Part shown: piece by piece, positions 8,550 to 18,474 of the stretch
How positions within the stretch are numbered: position 1 is the first letter of the stretch
Layout of the letters: each line of letters starts with the position of its first letter
Assembly (NCBI GenBank): GCA_026982895.1
Contig: JALWQW010000026.1
Location: 41,832 to 105,831, forward strand
Length of the DNA stretch: 64,000 bases
Source: Candidatus Micrarchaeota archaeon
GTDB taxonomy: Archaea > Micrarchaeota > Micrarchaeia > Anstonellales > J096
Direction: 5' to 3'
The notes under the pieces: generated by a model
Told to the model about the DNA's origin: nothing
The model's input: the letters and a program-made list of their open reading frames with translations, nothing else
The model's database searches: none
Made by a program: the position numbers and the translations under genes

Positions 8550-10748
8550 TTACTCCATGAAGACCTCTGGAGCTGGTGGTTCTGGCGGCAAGCCTTTTCT
8601 TTCCCTTATTTGCCTTACAACTTTATCCTGCAATTCCTTCGGAAGAGCTTCGTATCCCCAGTATTCTGGATACCATATAGCCCTACCCTGGCTTGCACTT
8701 CTTAATTCATTACTCAAACCAAAGGTCTCTGCAACAGGAATTATCACAACAATCTTGGATTGGTCACCTTCTTGGTCCATAGTAACGAGCTTACCTCTCT
8801 TAGCGTTTGTTAATGACAAGATAGCGCCGCCATATTCTTGTGGAACCTGCACAAGTATCTTCTGTTTTGGCTCTAATAAAACAACACCTGCCTTTAACAT
8901 GGAGGCATATACTGCCTTCTTTACAGCAGGTAGAATCTGCGCAGGACCTCTGTGAACATTATCTTCATGCAGGGATGCATCTTCTAATATTACCAGAACA
9001 TTGGCCACCTTCTCCTTAGCAAGAGGCCCTTCGCGCATTCCATCTTCGAAGGATTGAACGGCTAATTCACGAACTTCATTAAGATATTGGACACCCTTTG
9101 TCGCATCTATGAATATATTGCCATCATATACATCCCATACTCCCTTTGCCATATCTCTGTCCATGCCAGCTTCTACAAGAGCATCGACAATCTGCTGAGG
9201 TACTTTACCCTTAATCTTACCTTCAGGTATCTTACCTTCATGAATAGCTTTGATGATACTCTCTGGCAGTGGCTCGACATGTATGTAGAATTTGTTGTGT
9301 TTGTTTGGACTCTTACCTTCAATAGTTGGTCCTTTCTTGAATACAGTCTCTCTATAAACAACAATGGGCGGGCTTGTCTTAATGTCAAGGCCTTTCTCCA
9401 CTTTAATTTTATACTCTATAATCTCCAAGTGAAGCTCTCCCATACCACTTATTAAATGCTCGCCTGTTTCTTGGTTTAATTCTATTTTCAATGTTGGGTC
9501 TTCTTTTGCTATAGCTCTCAATACTTCAATCAACTTGCCAAGGTCCTTTGGATTTTTAGCTTCTATGCTCTTTGTAACAACGGGCTCTGAGTAGTGCTTT
9601 ATCTGTTCGAAAGGCTCTATGGGTTTAGAGCTTACCGTTTCACCGACATACACATCTTTTAATCCTATGACAGCACCGATGTTACCTGCGGTAACTTTTT
9701 CAACAGGTACTCTGTCAGGCCCCATGTATACAGATACCTGCTGTACGCGAGCGTATTTCATCTTAGAGGCGATATAGAGCTCGTCTCCTTTTGTTATGCT
9801 GCCTGAAAATAACCTTAATATTGCTACCTCTCCAGCGTGCTCATCAGAATGGACGCCAAAGACAACACCCACTGTTGGTCCTTTAGAATCACAGGCGAGC
9901 ATCGCCTTTCCTTCCTCACTCTCTAAATCACCATGCCATAATCTTGGCACACGGTAAGCTTGGGCTTCTTTTGGGTGCGGCAAATACTTAACAACCATTT
10001 CAAGGACGACTTCATCAACAGGAGCAACCTTCGTGAGCTCATCCAGCTTATTTTCATTTACCAAGTCATAAATCTGTTTGAAGGAGACATTATGTTTCTT
10101 CATGCTATTTATGCTTATAGCCCATTTTTGGAAAGCAGAACCCAAAGCCACCTTTCCGTTTTCAACAGTTACCTGCCATTCTTCTTTTAGATTCTCAGGA
10201 GCGTTATTCACTATGATTTTGTTAACTGTCGAGATTATTTTCTGCAGTTTTTCCATCATTGCCTGAGCGTCGAGTTTCAATTCATTAATGAGCCTATCTA
10301 CTTTGTTTATAAAGAGCACGGGCTTAGCCCTCTCTTTCAACGCTTGCCTTAATACAGTCTCTGTTTGGGGCATTACACCTTCAACAGCGTCAATAACGAC
10401 CACGACGCCATCTACGGCACGCATGGCTCTCGTTACATGCCCACCAAAATCAACATGGCCAGGAGTATCTATGAGGTTAATTAAGTAGTGGGCCCCTTCA
10501 TATGTGAATCCCAAACTTATGTTTGCCGATTTGATTGTAATACCTCTTGCCTGTTCCTGCTCATCATAATCCAACACACGCTGCTGTCCAGCCAAATCCT
10601 TGCTTATAAGCCCCGCTCTCGCTACCAACGAGTCGGATAGCGTCGTTTTGCCGTGGTCGACATGTGCTACTATAGCTACATTCCTAACATGTACCAAGTC
10701 CTCCATGATTTTTTGGACTTCATCAACTACCATTTCTTTTCTTGCCAT
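8550..10748 (-). CDS. fusA: Translation elongation factor 2 (aEF-2)
   Basis: GTPase motifs AHVDHGKTT and DTPGHVDF, and the diphthamide-region motif HEDNVHRG. ATG at 10748 is preceded by GGTGA. The track start at 10760 is TTG. Confidence 0.95.
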   Translation of the reverse strand: MARKEMVVDEVQKIMEDLVHVRNVAIVAHVDHGKTTLSDSLVARAGLISKDLAGQQRVLDYDEQEQARGITIKSANISLGFTYEGAHYLINLIDTPGHVDFGGHVTRAMRAVDGVVVVIDAVEGVMPQTETVLRQALKERAKPVLFINKVDRLINELKLDAQAMMEKLQKIISTVNKIIVNNAPENLKEEWQVTVENGKVALGSAFQKWAISINSMKKHNVSFKQIYDLVNENKLDELTKVAPVDEVVLEMVVKYLPHPKEAQAYRVPRLWHGDLESEEGKAMLACDSKGPTVGVVFGVHSDEHAGEVAILRLFSGSITKGDELYIASKMKYARVQQVSVYMGPDRVPVEKVTAGNIGAVIGLKDVYVGETVSSKPIEPFEQIKHYSEPVVTKSIEAKNPKDLGKLIEVLRAIAKEDPTLKIELNQETGEHLISGMGELHLEIIEYKIKVEKGLDIKTSPPIVVYRETVFKKGPTIEGKSPNKHNKFYIHVEPLPESIIKAIHEGKIPEGKIKGKVPQQIVDALVEAGMDRDMAKGVWDVYDGNIFIDATKGVQYLNEVRELAVQSFEDGMREGPLAKEKVANVLVILEDASLHEDNVHRGPAQILPAVKKAVYASMLKAGVVLLEPKQKILVQVPQEYGGAILSLTNAKRGKLVTMDQEGDQSKIVVIIPVAETFGLSNELRSASQGRAIWYPEYWGYEALPKELQDKVVRQIRERKGLPPEPPAPEVFME

Positions 10749-10767
10749 ATTTTCACCCAAGGAGTGA

Positions 10768-10842
10768 TGGGCCTGCTGGGATTTGAACCCAGGACCTCTC
10801 GCTTATCAGGCGAGCGCTCTGGCCAGGCTGAGCTACAGGCCC
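10768..10842 (-). tRNA. tRNA-Ile (anticodon GAU)
   Basis: Reverse complement is GGGCCTGTAGCTCAGCCTGGCCAGAGCGCTCGCCTGATAAGCGAGAGGTCCTGGGTTCAAATCCCAGCAGGCCCA. Anticodon arm is CTCGC-CTGATAA-GCGAG. Confidence 0.9.
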
Positions 10843-10933
10843 TCTTATGCCCTACCTTATTAGGGGATAAATATAAAAATGGCTATGTCAGCCCCCCTCT
10901 GCAAAAACTTTTGTATATCTATTTCCACAAGGC

Positions 10934-10941
10934 TTTTATAT
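10934..10941 (+). promoter_or_regulatory. TATA-like box for the leaderless gene at 10962
   Basis: ttttatat is centred about 25 nt upstream of ATG 10962. Confidence 0.4.
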
Positions 10942-10961
10942 TCCTCTGCTCTTATTCCTTT

Positions 10962-11342
10962 ATGCTCTCTTCAAAGGATCGTGTTAAAAAGGCTTTACAA
11001 AAGGCAGAGAAATTGCTTGAATTGAATAGGGATGCATTGAAAGATGAGCTCGTGTCAAAAGCTGCCGATTATATATCTGATGCCGAACATTTCCTAAATA
11101 ATGGTGACCTCTTATCTGCCATTGCAGCTGCGGATTATGCATATGGCCTTATAGAAGGAGCCCTACATTTAGATATTTCAATAGTGAAAGGGGGTGTTAA
11201 AAGTGGTGAGGAGATTGCTACACTGTCGCTGGAAGCAATGGGCTTGGATGTTGAAGCATCTCTCAACGAAGATATTTTGAAAGATAGAAAAATATTATCC
11301 ATATACTGGAAGAAAGGGCGATTAATCATAGAAGTGGAATAA
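10962..11342 (+). CDS. Small conserved archaeal protein (DUF357-like)
   Basis: The ADYISDAEHFLNNGDLLSAIAAADYAYGLIEGALHL pattern resembles DUF357. The track start at 10653 would overlap aEF-2 and tRNA-Ile and is rejected. Confidence 0.45.
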   Translation: MLSSKDRVKKALQKAEKLLELNRDALKDELVSKAADYISDAEHFLNNGDLLSAIAAADYAYGLIEGALHLDISIVKGGVKSGEEIATLSLEAMGLDVEASLNEDILKDRKILSIYWKKGRLIIEVE

Positions 11343-11860
11343 TGCTTGCCTGCCAACTCTGCGATAAGCGTTGTTGCAAAAATCTTCTTATAACTGTCAC
11401 AGCTTTTGATGTCGTCAGAATTGCCAAAGCAAAAGGTCTAAAACCACCATCATTTGCAGAATTGGTGGAGCCGCGCATGCTTCGTGTTGATTGGGATAGT
11501 GTTTTGGAATGTAAGGAGGGTTTGTTTGTTTTGGCTCTTAAATCTCATCCCTGCGTTTTCCTCAACAAGGATGGTTCATGTTCGGTTTTTGATGTGGCTC
11601 CTATGGCTTGCCGTATTTACCCTAATACTATAAATGGTTTCAACGACACTGCGTTGTGTCCCTTACACAGCAAGGTCTTATTTCATATACACAACCCCGG
11701 CTTAAAGTATAAAGAAGCCTTTGAGAGTGAGCTTACTATGTACAAAGACATCGTTAAACTTGTCAGTTCTAAAAGCAAACAAAAGAAGGAGTGTTTTAAG
11801 GAGCTTCTTGATAGGGCTGAAAAGGCCAAGAATTCAACTGCTCTCATTCAGGGCGAATAA
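11342..11860 (+). CDS. YkgJ-family Cys-cluster (CxxCxxCC) protein
   Basis: N-terminal CQLCDKRCCKN motif plus further conserved Cys residues. ATG overlaps the upstream stop (ataATG). Confidence 0.6.
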   Translation: MLACQLCDKRCCKNLLITVTAFDVVRIAKAKGLKPPSFAELVEPRMLRVDWDSVLECKEGLFVLALKSHPCVFLNKDGSCSVFDVAPMACRIYPNTINGFNDTALCPLHSKVLFHIHNPGLKYKEAFESELTMYKDIVKLVSSKSKQKKECFKELLDRAEKAKNSTALIQGE

Positions 11861-12913
11861 TTGCCTCTTTATGCCTTCAAGCTTATCATACATGCTACTA
11901 TAACTCTGCCACTTCCCATCTTTGAATAGATAAATTTGCTTGTCAGTTATAATTAAATAAATATAGTTAATCCACTCGTCACATTCTTCTTGCCCATCTT
12001 CGCATAATCCAAGGTTTGTTCCTATTTTGCCTATGTAATTTCCATCTTGGGGTTCAAATAAATCCCCAGTTATATTGGGTTCATTTCCTTCAACAACTGC
12101 ATTTACACAATGTCCTATATAGTCGTTGCCATTTTTTTCAGTCAGGAAGCACACAACATCAACATGTTTTCCTCTCAAGTAAATGGGCTTCTCACCAGCA
12201 TCGTCTAAATAATAACTGTACCTTCCTTCTTCATACAGATCAAAAGTCGAGCCTTTATCTTCTTCCCACAGTAATAGTTTTCTAGGCTCTAAGCTGTTTA
12301 TGAGGGCTTTCATCACAAAGGCAAAATCCTCACAATCGCCGCTGTGTTTCGCCATGCTCGCATCGACACTATAGAGCGTGTCATTTACCTCTTTTTTGTA
12401 TTCAAAGATACCTTCTGCCTGCCAATAATATACGACGCATGGTATATTTAACTCAAGATTTTTCATACACTTCTTCTTAACTTCATACAATGATGGGTCG
12501 TTTAATTTGGAATTGCTCTCGAACCAGCGGAAGCTTTCATTGAGGCTCTCCTCTATTGACTTTATATTTGCTACGACATTTACTATCTCACCTTTTAAGT
12601 TTTGCAGATTCTCTTGGCTTTTATTCAATTCGCTCTTCAATGTGGCGGTTTCATTGCTTAGTTGCTTATTCTCATCGAGGAGTTCATTGTACTTTGTAAA
12701 TAATTTGTTATATTGGCTGTTCAATTCCAAGAGCGCTTCTTTTTCGTGTTCTAGGTCGCTTTGGCATGCTTGCACGCTTTGCACACTTTTGCTATATGCT
12801 TTTAGGAGATTGCTGTGTCTTTCGTTTAAACCTGTGTATATGACAACTAAATATGCCGTCGTGAGAAATAGAGTTATGACAGCAATACCAAGGAGGACTT
12901 TAATCTTATCCAT
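11834..12913 (-). CDS. Membrane-anchored coiled-coil protein with a transglutaminase-like C-terminal domain
   Basis: N-terminal TM helix (LLGIAVITLFLTTAYLVVIY), a heptad-rich segment, then GDCEDFAFVMKALI...IGHCVNAV...FEPQDG, a candidate Cys-His-Asp arrangement. Confidence 0.55.
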   Translation of the reverse strand: MDKIKVLLGIAVITLFLTTAYLVVIYTGLNERHSNLLKAYSKSVQSVQACQSDLEHEKEALLELNSQYNKLFTKYNELLDENKQLSNETATLKSELNKSQENLQNLKGEIVNVVANIKSIEESLNESFRWFESNSKLNDPSLYEVKKKCMKNLELNIPCVVYYWQAEGIFEYKKEVNDTLYSVDASMAKHSGDCEDFAFVMKALINSLEPRKLLLWEEDKGSTFDLYEEGRYSYYLDDAGEKPIYLRGKHVDVVCFLTEKNGNDYIGHCVNAVVEGNEPNITGDLFEPQDGNYIGKIGTNLGLCEDGQEECDEWINYIYLIITDKQIYLFKDGKWQSYSSMYDKLEGIKRQLFALNESS

Positions 12914-12943
12914 GCTAAAAGAAGAAAGAAAAGGGTTAAAAAA

Positions 12944-14569
12944 TCACATCTCACCAAAGTCTTGGCCTGGTCCTTGTTGTTTACTTGTGCCCTTTGCAGA
13001 GATTATGTCATCTATGCGAAGGATTAATCTGGCAACCTCAGTGGCGGATGCTATTGCTTGTTTCTTTACTTTTGCAGGTTCCAATATACCCAAGCCTTTC
13101 ATGTCCTCAACCTTGCCTGAGAGGACATCTACACCGAAGTGCTTTCCATCCTCGCTGGCGTGTTTGCTCCTCAATTCTACGAGTACATCTATGGCATCCA
13201 TACCACCATTCTCTGCTAGTGTTGTGGGGATTGCTTCTAATGCTTCGGCAAAGGCTTCTACTGCCAACTGCTCTCTACCACCAACTTTTGTTGCGAATTC
13301 CTTCAATCTCTTGGCTAGCTCCATTTCAGCGCTGCCACCGCCCGTTACATATCTGCCGTCTTCTAATGCAGACACGACAGCACCTATGGAATCTTTAATA
13401 GCCCTCTCTACTTCACTTACAACATGCTCTGTTCCTCCTCTTATGAATATCGTTACGCTCTTTGGATCTTTGCAATTTTCTACGAAGACCATGCTCTCTC
13501 CAGCTACTTTCCTCTCCTCTACGAGGCCCGCTTCGCCTAAATCTTCTCCACTTAAATCGTCGAGGGTACTGGCAATCTTTGCGCCTGTCGCCTTTGCCAA
13601 TTTTTCCATGTCGCTTCTCTTGACTCTTCTAACGGCTAATATGCCTGCTTTTGCCAAGAAGTGCTGTGCCAAATCATCAATTCCCTTTTGAACGAATACA
13701 ACATTTGCGCCCGCTGCCTTTATCTTATCGACCATCTTTTTGAGCATATCTTCCTCCTGTTTCAAGAAGCTTTCCAATTGATCCGGGCTCGTTATGTTTA
13801 TTTTAGCGTCTGTTTCGGTTTTTTCTATTTCAAGAGGTGCGTCTATAAGGGCTATCTTAGCTCCTTCGACCTTTTTGGGCATGCCTGGATGCACGACCTC
13901 CTTATCTATGACAATGCCCTTTACGAGCTGGGTCGCCATTACACTATCGCCCTCTTTTTTCTCCAACTTTATATTTTCCATGTCGACACTTACTTTATTA
14001 GCGCCCTCTTCGCTAATGTGTTTGATTGCATCTATTATTATTGAGGCTATATGCTCCTTCTCTTCTACACTGCCGATACCCTTTGAGCCCATAGAGACTA
14101 GAGCTATCTTCTTTAAGACATCTTCCTTTGAGAGGTCTACTTCTTCGGCAATCTCACTCAATAGCTTTCTAGTTTCGCTTTCAGCTAATTCATAACCCTT
14201 TATGATGGTTGTGGGGTGTATATTTTTATCGAGTAGCGTTCCAGCATTCTTTAAGAGGTATCCTGCAATAACGACACTAGTCGTCGTTCCATCACCCACT
14301 TCTTTATCTTGTGTCTTTGCTACCTCAACCATTAGCTTAGCTGTTGGATGCTCTATATTCATCTCCTCTAATATGGTTGCACCGTCGTTTGTTATGATAA
14401 TATCTCCAAGGTCACTTACAAGCATTTTGTCCATGCCTTTTGGCCCAAGGGTCGTCTTTATTATTTGGGATATTGCATATCCTATTGCTATGTTCAGCCT
14501 CATGGCGTCTTTACCCACTACCCTCTGGGAGTTTTCGGGCAAAGGTTCTGATCCTATTCTATTTGTCAT
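12944..14569 (-). CDS. ths: Thermosome subunit (group II chaperonin)
   Basis: Motifs [26 protein letters not shown] and [18 protein letters not shown] lies upstream of the ATG. Confidence 0.95.
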   Translation of the reverse strand: MTNRIGSEPLPENSQRVVGKDAMRLNIAIGYAISQIIKTTLGPKGMDKMLVSDLGDIIITNDGATILEEMNIEHPTAKLMVEVAKTQDKEVGDGTTTSVVIAGYLLKNAGTLLDKNIHPTTIIKGYELAESETRKLLSEIAEEVDLSKEDVLKKIALVSMGSKGIGSVEEKEHIASIIIDAIKHISEEGANKVSVDMENIKLEKKEGDSVMATQLVKGIVIDKEVVHPGMPKKVEGAKIALIDAPLEIEKTETDAKINITSPDQLESFLKQEEDMLKKMVDKIKAAGANVVFVQKGIDDLAQHFLAKAGILAVRRVKRSDMEKLAKATGAKIASTLDDLSGEDLGEAGLVEERKVAGESMVFVENCKDPKSVTIFIRGGTEHVVSEVERAIKDSIGAVVSALEDGRYVTGGGSAEMELAKRLKEFATKVGGREQLAVEAFAEALEAIPTTLAENGGMDAIDVLVELRSKHASEDGKHFGVDVLSGKVEDMKGLGILEPAKVKKQAIASATEVARLILRIDDIISAKGTSKQQGPGQDFGEM

Positions 14570-14680
14570 ATTCTCACCTCTGGCTAAGTTTTTCGCAAGT
14601 ATAACTCAGCGTTTGGGAATTGTGGCAAAATCTTTTTAAACATAACCCCTCCACTTTATCGAATACGAAAAGGCGAGACT

Positions 14681-15637
14681 ATGAAATATGTTTTGTTTGT
14701 AGAGGGAAACGGCTTGGGGCATGCTGCCAGGGATTTATCCTTGATTGAAGCAATTCATCCTACCGTTATTTCATTTGGAAGAGCTGCCAAGTTCATAAAG
14801 AAGCGAACTCCCTCCACTGTCGTTGAATTGCCGATGCTCTACAAGATAGTCGAGTCTCGAGCTTCAATTGACTTAATAACCAACCCAAAGAATTTCGTGA
14901 AGAGTTTAATGCCGAAGGTGAGGAAAAAATGGTGGAACTCTATTATGGAAGCAGATACAATAATATCTGATGGCACAATGGTTGGTGTAGTTCTTGCTTA
15001 TCTTCTGGGTAAGGATAGTATCCTCATAGCCAATGACTTGACTTCCAAAAGCTTTCTCTATGGGCTCAAAAAACTTGCCTTGCCTCTTGTCCAAACCCTT
15101 ATTGGTTACAATAGAAAAATATTAATCCCTGATTTTCCACCACCTTTGACTGTGAGTAGAATGAATATTGGCGATAATGTTGCCGATCTTCCTTTAACAT
15201 ATATCGGCCCAACGGTTTCATTGCCAAAACAGAAGAGACATAAAAAAGACTTTGTGGTTCTAAATTATGTTGAAAAATACGCAAAGCACATTAAGTCTAG
15301 AGCTGTTTTTGGTAGCGATGTCGATGTTATTTCCAAATATATAGGCTCCGCCAAGCTTGTTATAGGACATGGTGGCCACAGCTCCATTATGGAGGCGCTA
15401 TCTATGGGCAAACCCTACGCGGCGATTGTCAATAGGAATTACAGCGAGAGGATTGGGAATGTTGCGGGCTTAGATGAGGAGTGTGTTGGTTCATATATTT
15501 ATGAAGATGAAGCATCTTTTGGCATCGAGGCACTTATTGAGAAGGCGCTCACATCGAATAGTGACAGGTTAAAAGCTTATAAGCGCTTAGCCAAGAAGCT
15601 TAATGAGAGGCTTGATTGGAAACGATTGTTGAGGTAA
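14681..15637 (+). CDS. Glycosyltransferase (GT1/GT28, MurG-like C-terminal domain)
   Basis: N-terminal GNGLGHA and a C-terminal GHGGHSSIMEALSMGKP nucleotide-sugar binding-like motif. Confidence 0.55.
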   Translation: MKYVLFVEGNGLGHAARDLSLIEAIHPTVISFGRAAKFIKKRTPSTVVELPMLYKIVESRASIDLITNPKNFVKSLMPKVRKKWWNSIMEADTIISDGTMVGVVLAYLLGKDSILIANDLTSKSFLYGLKKLALPLVQTLIGYNRKILIPDFPPPLTVSRMNIGDNVADLPLTYIGPTVSLPKQKRHKKDFVVLNYVEKYAKHIKSRAVFGSDVDVISKYIGSAKLVIGHGGHSSIMEALSMGKPYAAIVNRNYSERIGNVAGLDEECVGSYIYEDEASFGIEALIEKALTSNSDRLKAYKRLAKKLNERLDWKRLLR

Positions 15638-15641
15638 TATA

Positions 15642-16394
15642 ATGGAAATAAAAGCGGTCGCGTTTGATGGTGATGGTACTTTTTACAACGGTGATGAACT
15701 CTTTCCGGAAATTCCGCGGTTGGCTGATTGGTTGATAGAAAAAGAGGTTAAACTCTTTTTGACGAGCAACCACTCCTCTGGTGATGTTAATAAATTGGCA
15801 AAGCGAGTTAGGGGTTTTATCCCTAAGGCGAATATTATAAATGCAGGTAGCCTACTCTTATCTTATATCGAGACTAATTTTAGAAGTGTTTTTGTTATAG
15901 GGACAGACGATTTTAAGGAAAAAGTGGAGAGTACAGGTATAAAACTCTCTGATAAAGGCGAGGCTGTTGTTGTGGCATACACAGAAGACTTGGATTACAA
16001 CGATTTTAGAATTGCTACGGAACTTTTATTGGATAAGAAGCCATTGCTTGCTGCTAGTATGGATAGGCTTTGGATGGATTCTACAGGAGAAAAGCCTGGA
16101 ATAGGTATGTTGGTGAGGGCTTTGTCATATAATCTTAATATTAGGCCAAAGGTTTTTGGCAAGCCAAATGTAGATATGTTTGCCGCCATTCTTAAGAGGG
16201 AGAAAATATTGCCATCCCAATTGCTTGTTGTTGGCGATGTTCTTGAGACAGATATATTGGCCGCTAACCGTATAGGCGCTCCATCTGTATTCGTGGATTC
16301 TGGAACTAGACAGGTTGTTAAGATTGGCACACCCACTGCTTCGACGACTCATGAAAAACTATTTGATACAGTTCACTCCTTTTTTGAGGAGTAG
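15642..16394 (+). CDS. HAD-superfamily hydrolase, subfamily IIA (NagD-like phosphatase)
   Basis: HAD motifs FDGDGT (motif I), LTSN (II), GKPN (III) and GDVLETDI (IV). Confidence 0.7.
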   Translation: MEIKAVAFDGDGTFYNGDELFPEIPRLADWLIEKEVKLFLTSNHSSGDVNKLAKRVRGFIPKANIINAGSLLLSYIETNFRSVFVIGTDDFKEKVESTGIKLSDKGEAVVVAYTEDLDYNDFRIATELLLDKKPLLAASMDRLWMDSTGEKPGIGMLVRALSYNLNIRPKVFGKPNVDMFAAILKREKILPSQLLVVGDVLETDILAANRIGAPSVFVDSGTRQVVKIGTPTASTTHEKLFDTVHSFFEE

Positions 16395-16398
16395 ATTA

Positions 16399-16421
16399 CT
16401 AGTAATTGATACTAGCTTTTT
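16399..16421 (+). terminator. Hairpin plus T-run downstream of the HAD gene
   Basis: ctagta-attga-tactag forms a 6-bp stem and is followed by cttttt. Confidence 0.35.
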
Positions 16422-16478
16422 GGGAGTGAAATAAATGTAAATACATAAAGGCTGCCACAAACTTTTTAAAAAGGTCAT

Positions 16479-17384
16479 ATGATATCTGTGTGGGGTGTAA
16501 TTATGGTAGTAGGTGCGTTGTGTTTTTCGCTTATAATCTTCATAGGCGTTATTCTTGCTTTGATGTCTGTGAAGGTTCTTAGGCCATATGAAGTTGGTTT
16601 AGTGGAGCGCTTGGGTAAATATAAAAGGAAAATAGAGAGTGGCATTCATTTTATCATGCCACTGCTTGAAAATGTTCAGATAGTTGATCTAAGAGAGCGT
16701 GTCGTCGATATTCAGCCGCAGGAGGTTATTTGTAAAGATAATGTTGTCGTCGTTGTAGATGCTATTATTTATTACCAAATAGTGGATCCTGTTAAGGCTA
16801 AATATAATGTTAATAACTTCCTTCTTGCCATTATGAAATTGGCCCAAACAAATCTTCGTAGTATAATTGGTGAGATGGAGCTCGACGAGACTCTCTCCGG
16901 CAGGGATATAATAAATGTTAAGTTAAGAGAAGAACTTGATAAGATTACAGACAAATGGGGTGTGAAAGTTACTCGCGTCGAGATACAGCGCATCGACCCG
17001 CCAAGAGAAATACAAGATGCTATGGCTAAGCAAATGAAGGCTGAGAGAGAGAAGAGAGCTATGATTTTATTGGCAGAGGGTGAAAAATCATCAAAGATAC
17101 TTAAAGCAGAGGGTGCTAAGGAATCTACAATTCGCGTGGCTGAGGGTAATGCCCAGGCAAAACTTCTAAGAGCACAGGCAGAATCAAAGGCTATTACAAT
17201 GGTTATGCAGGCTCTTAGCAAGGCCGATAATCGTTATCTCTCTTTGAAGTACATAGAACAGCTTCCATCAATAGCGAGTTCAGCAGATACGCTTGTGTTG
17301 CCTTATGAGGTTACAGAGTTCCTTGGCTCTATAAAGGGCTTAGATAAGTTGTTGAAGAAGACGCGGAAGAAGAAGGAGCTGTAA
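16479..17384 (+). CDS. SPFH/band-7 (stomatin-like) membrane protein
   Basis: N-terminal TM helix and an SPFH core (VDLRERVVDIQPQEVICKDNVVVVVDAIIYYQIVDP...), followed by an Ala/Glu-rich coiled coil. Confidence 0.9.
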   Translation: MISVWGVIMVVGALCFSLIIFIGVILALMSVKVLRPYEVGLVERLGKYKRKIESGIHFIMPLLENVQIVDLRERVVDIQPQEVICKDNVVVVVDAIIYYQIVDPVKAKYNVNNFLLAIMKLAQTNLRSIIGEMELDETLSGRDIINVKLREELDKITDKWGVKVTRVEIQRIDPPREIQDAMAKQMKAEREKRAMILLAEGEKSSKILKAEGAKESTIRVAEGNAQAKLLRAQAESKAITMVMQALSKADNRYLSLKYIEQLPSIASSADTLVLPYEVTEFLGSIKGLDKLLKKTRKKKEL

Positions 17385-17397
17385 AATAGGTGATTTA

Positions 17398-17811
17398 ATG
17401 GAGGTTTTAATCCTCTCTCTTCTTTTAGGTGTTTTGATAATTCTTGCAGATATCTTCTTAGCAGGCATATTCTTTCCCCTTGGCTTTGGAGTCATTGTAT
17501 ATGGTGTTGTCTATTTCTACACAGCCAACTTTATCTTAAGCGTAGCAGCCTTCATCCTAACGAGCATTATCTTATATTTCTTCACCTTCAAATTGGTTAA
17601 AAGCAAGGTTAGTGGTGGTGAAATAAATATAAAAGATATACTTGGTCTGTCCAACGGTGTTGGAGTCGTTATTAAAGAGACGAAGGATGGTTTTTACATA
17701 GTTCGAATTAATGGTGAAGATTGGTTGGCAGAGAGTGATGAGAAGCTTAAAAAAGGCGATAAGATTCGTATAACCTATACTGGCGTCATGTTGAAGGTGA
17801 AAAGTCTGTGA
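17398..17811 (+). CDS. NfeD-family membrane protein (short form with C-terminal OB-like domain)
   Basis: Three hydrophobic helices and a soluble C-terminus (GVGVVIKETKDGFYIVRINGEDWLAESDEKLKKGDKIRI). It occupies the classic position next to a stomatin gene. Confidence 0.7.
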   Translation: MEVLILSLLLGVLIILADIFLAGIFFPLGFGVIVYGVVYFYTANFILSVAAFILTSIILYFFTFKLVKSKVSGGEINIKDILGLSNGVGVVIKETKDGFYIVRINGEDWLAESDEKLKKGDKIRITYTGVMLKVKSL

Positions 17812-18407
17812 GCGTTAAAATAGCCTTTCTCACGATTCTTTTTTTCAGCCTATCTTTTTCGTCAGCACTGTATTATACAGTTGTAGGGTATTATGATGCT
17901 GTTAAAAACAATGATTTAGCAAAGCATATGGCGTTCTATGATCAGCAGGCGTTTTCAAATTTATCTGCCATCCAATACGAAAAAGCCCAACTTTGGAATC
18001 GTGCGCCATTGGTACGAGTTAGTTTAAGTAACCTATCTATGAATGTGAGTGGCGATGTTGCTAATGTTTCGTATTATGTAGTGTATTTACGCAACGATAG
18101 TGGGACTTTGCTGAATCTCAGTGGTGAATACAAGATGGTTTTGATTAGGCATACTAATGGCGAGTGGAAGATAGTTAAGCTTGAAAAACTCTGGCCTGTT
18201 GAGAAAACCCAACTGTCCAACGAAACACTTAATGAGACTTTAAATCAATCTGACAATCACGAAAATAATCCTATCAACGAAACGGAACAAAAACCTTTGC
18301 CTAAAACCCAACCACCCTCTAAGAATGCTCCTCCTAAGAAACCTTCTCAAGCATGCTTTCTAACTTCTATTCTAGCAGCTTTTGGCCTGGCTTCAGTTAA
18401 AGTTTGA
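17808..18407 (+). CDS. Hypothetical secreted or anchored protein (NTF2/SnoaL-like fold suspected)
   Basis: GTG overlaps the nfeD stop. Signal-like N-terminus, a Pro/Lys/Thr-rich linker and a C-terminal hydrophobic tail. Confidence 0.45.
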   Translation: MSVKIAFLTILFFSLSFSSALYYTVVGYYDAVKNNDLAKHMAFYDQQAFSNLSAIQYEKAQLWNRAPLVRVSLSNLSMNVSGDVANVSYYVVYLRNDSGTLLNLSGEYKMVLIRHTNGEWKIVKLEKLWPVEKTQLSNETLNETLNQSDNHENNPINETEQKPLPKTQPPSKNAPPKKPSQACFLTSILAAFGLASVKV

Positions 18408-18474
18408 ATGGAGCCATATGGAGATAAATTTAAAACCAAAACCACCAATTACACACTCTCTTGATATTTAAGAA

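Noticed and set aside
8491-8955. 154-aa plus-strand ORF, and similar ORFs at 9087-9455, 10288-10488 and 58267-58749
   Set aside because: They are antisense to aEF-2 or uL11, whose identities are unambiguous. Their composition is typical of shadow frames.
10653-10961. Long N-terminal extension of the DUF357-like ORF (track start 10653)
   Set aside because: It would run through the aEF-2 start region and the complement of tRNA-Ile. A TATA box at 10934-10941 fits the internal ATG at 10962.
12507-13691. 394-aa ORF on the plus strand
   Set aside because: It lies entirely antisense to the well-supported thermosome and neighbouring gene, and its product is Ser/Leu-rich low complexity. It is a shadow ORF.
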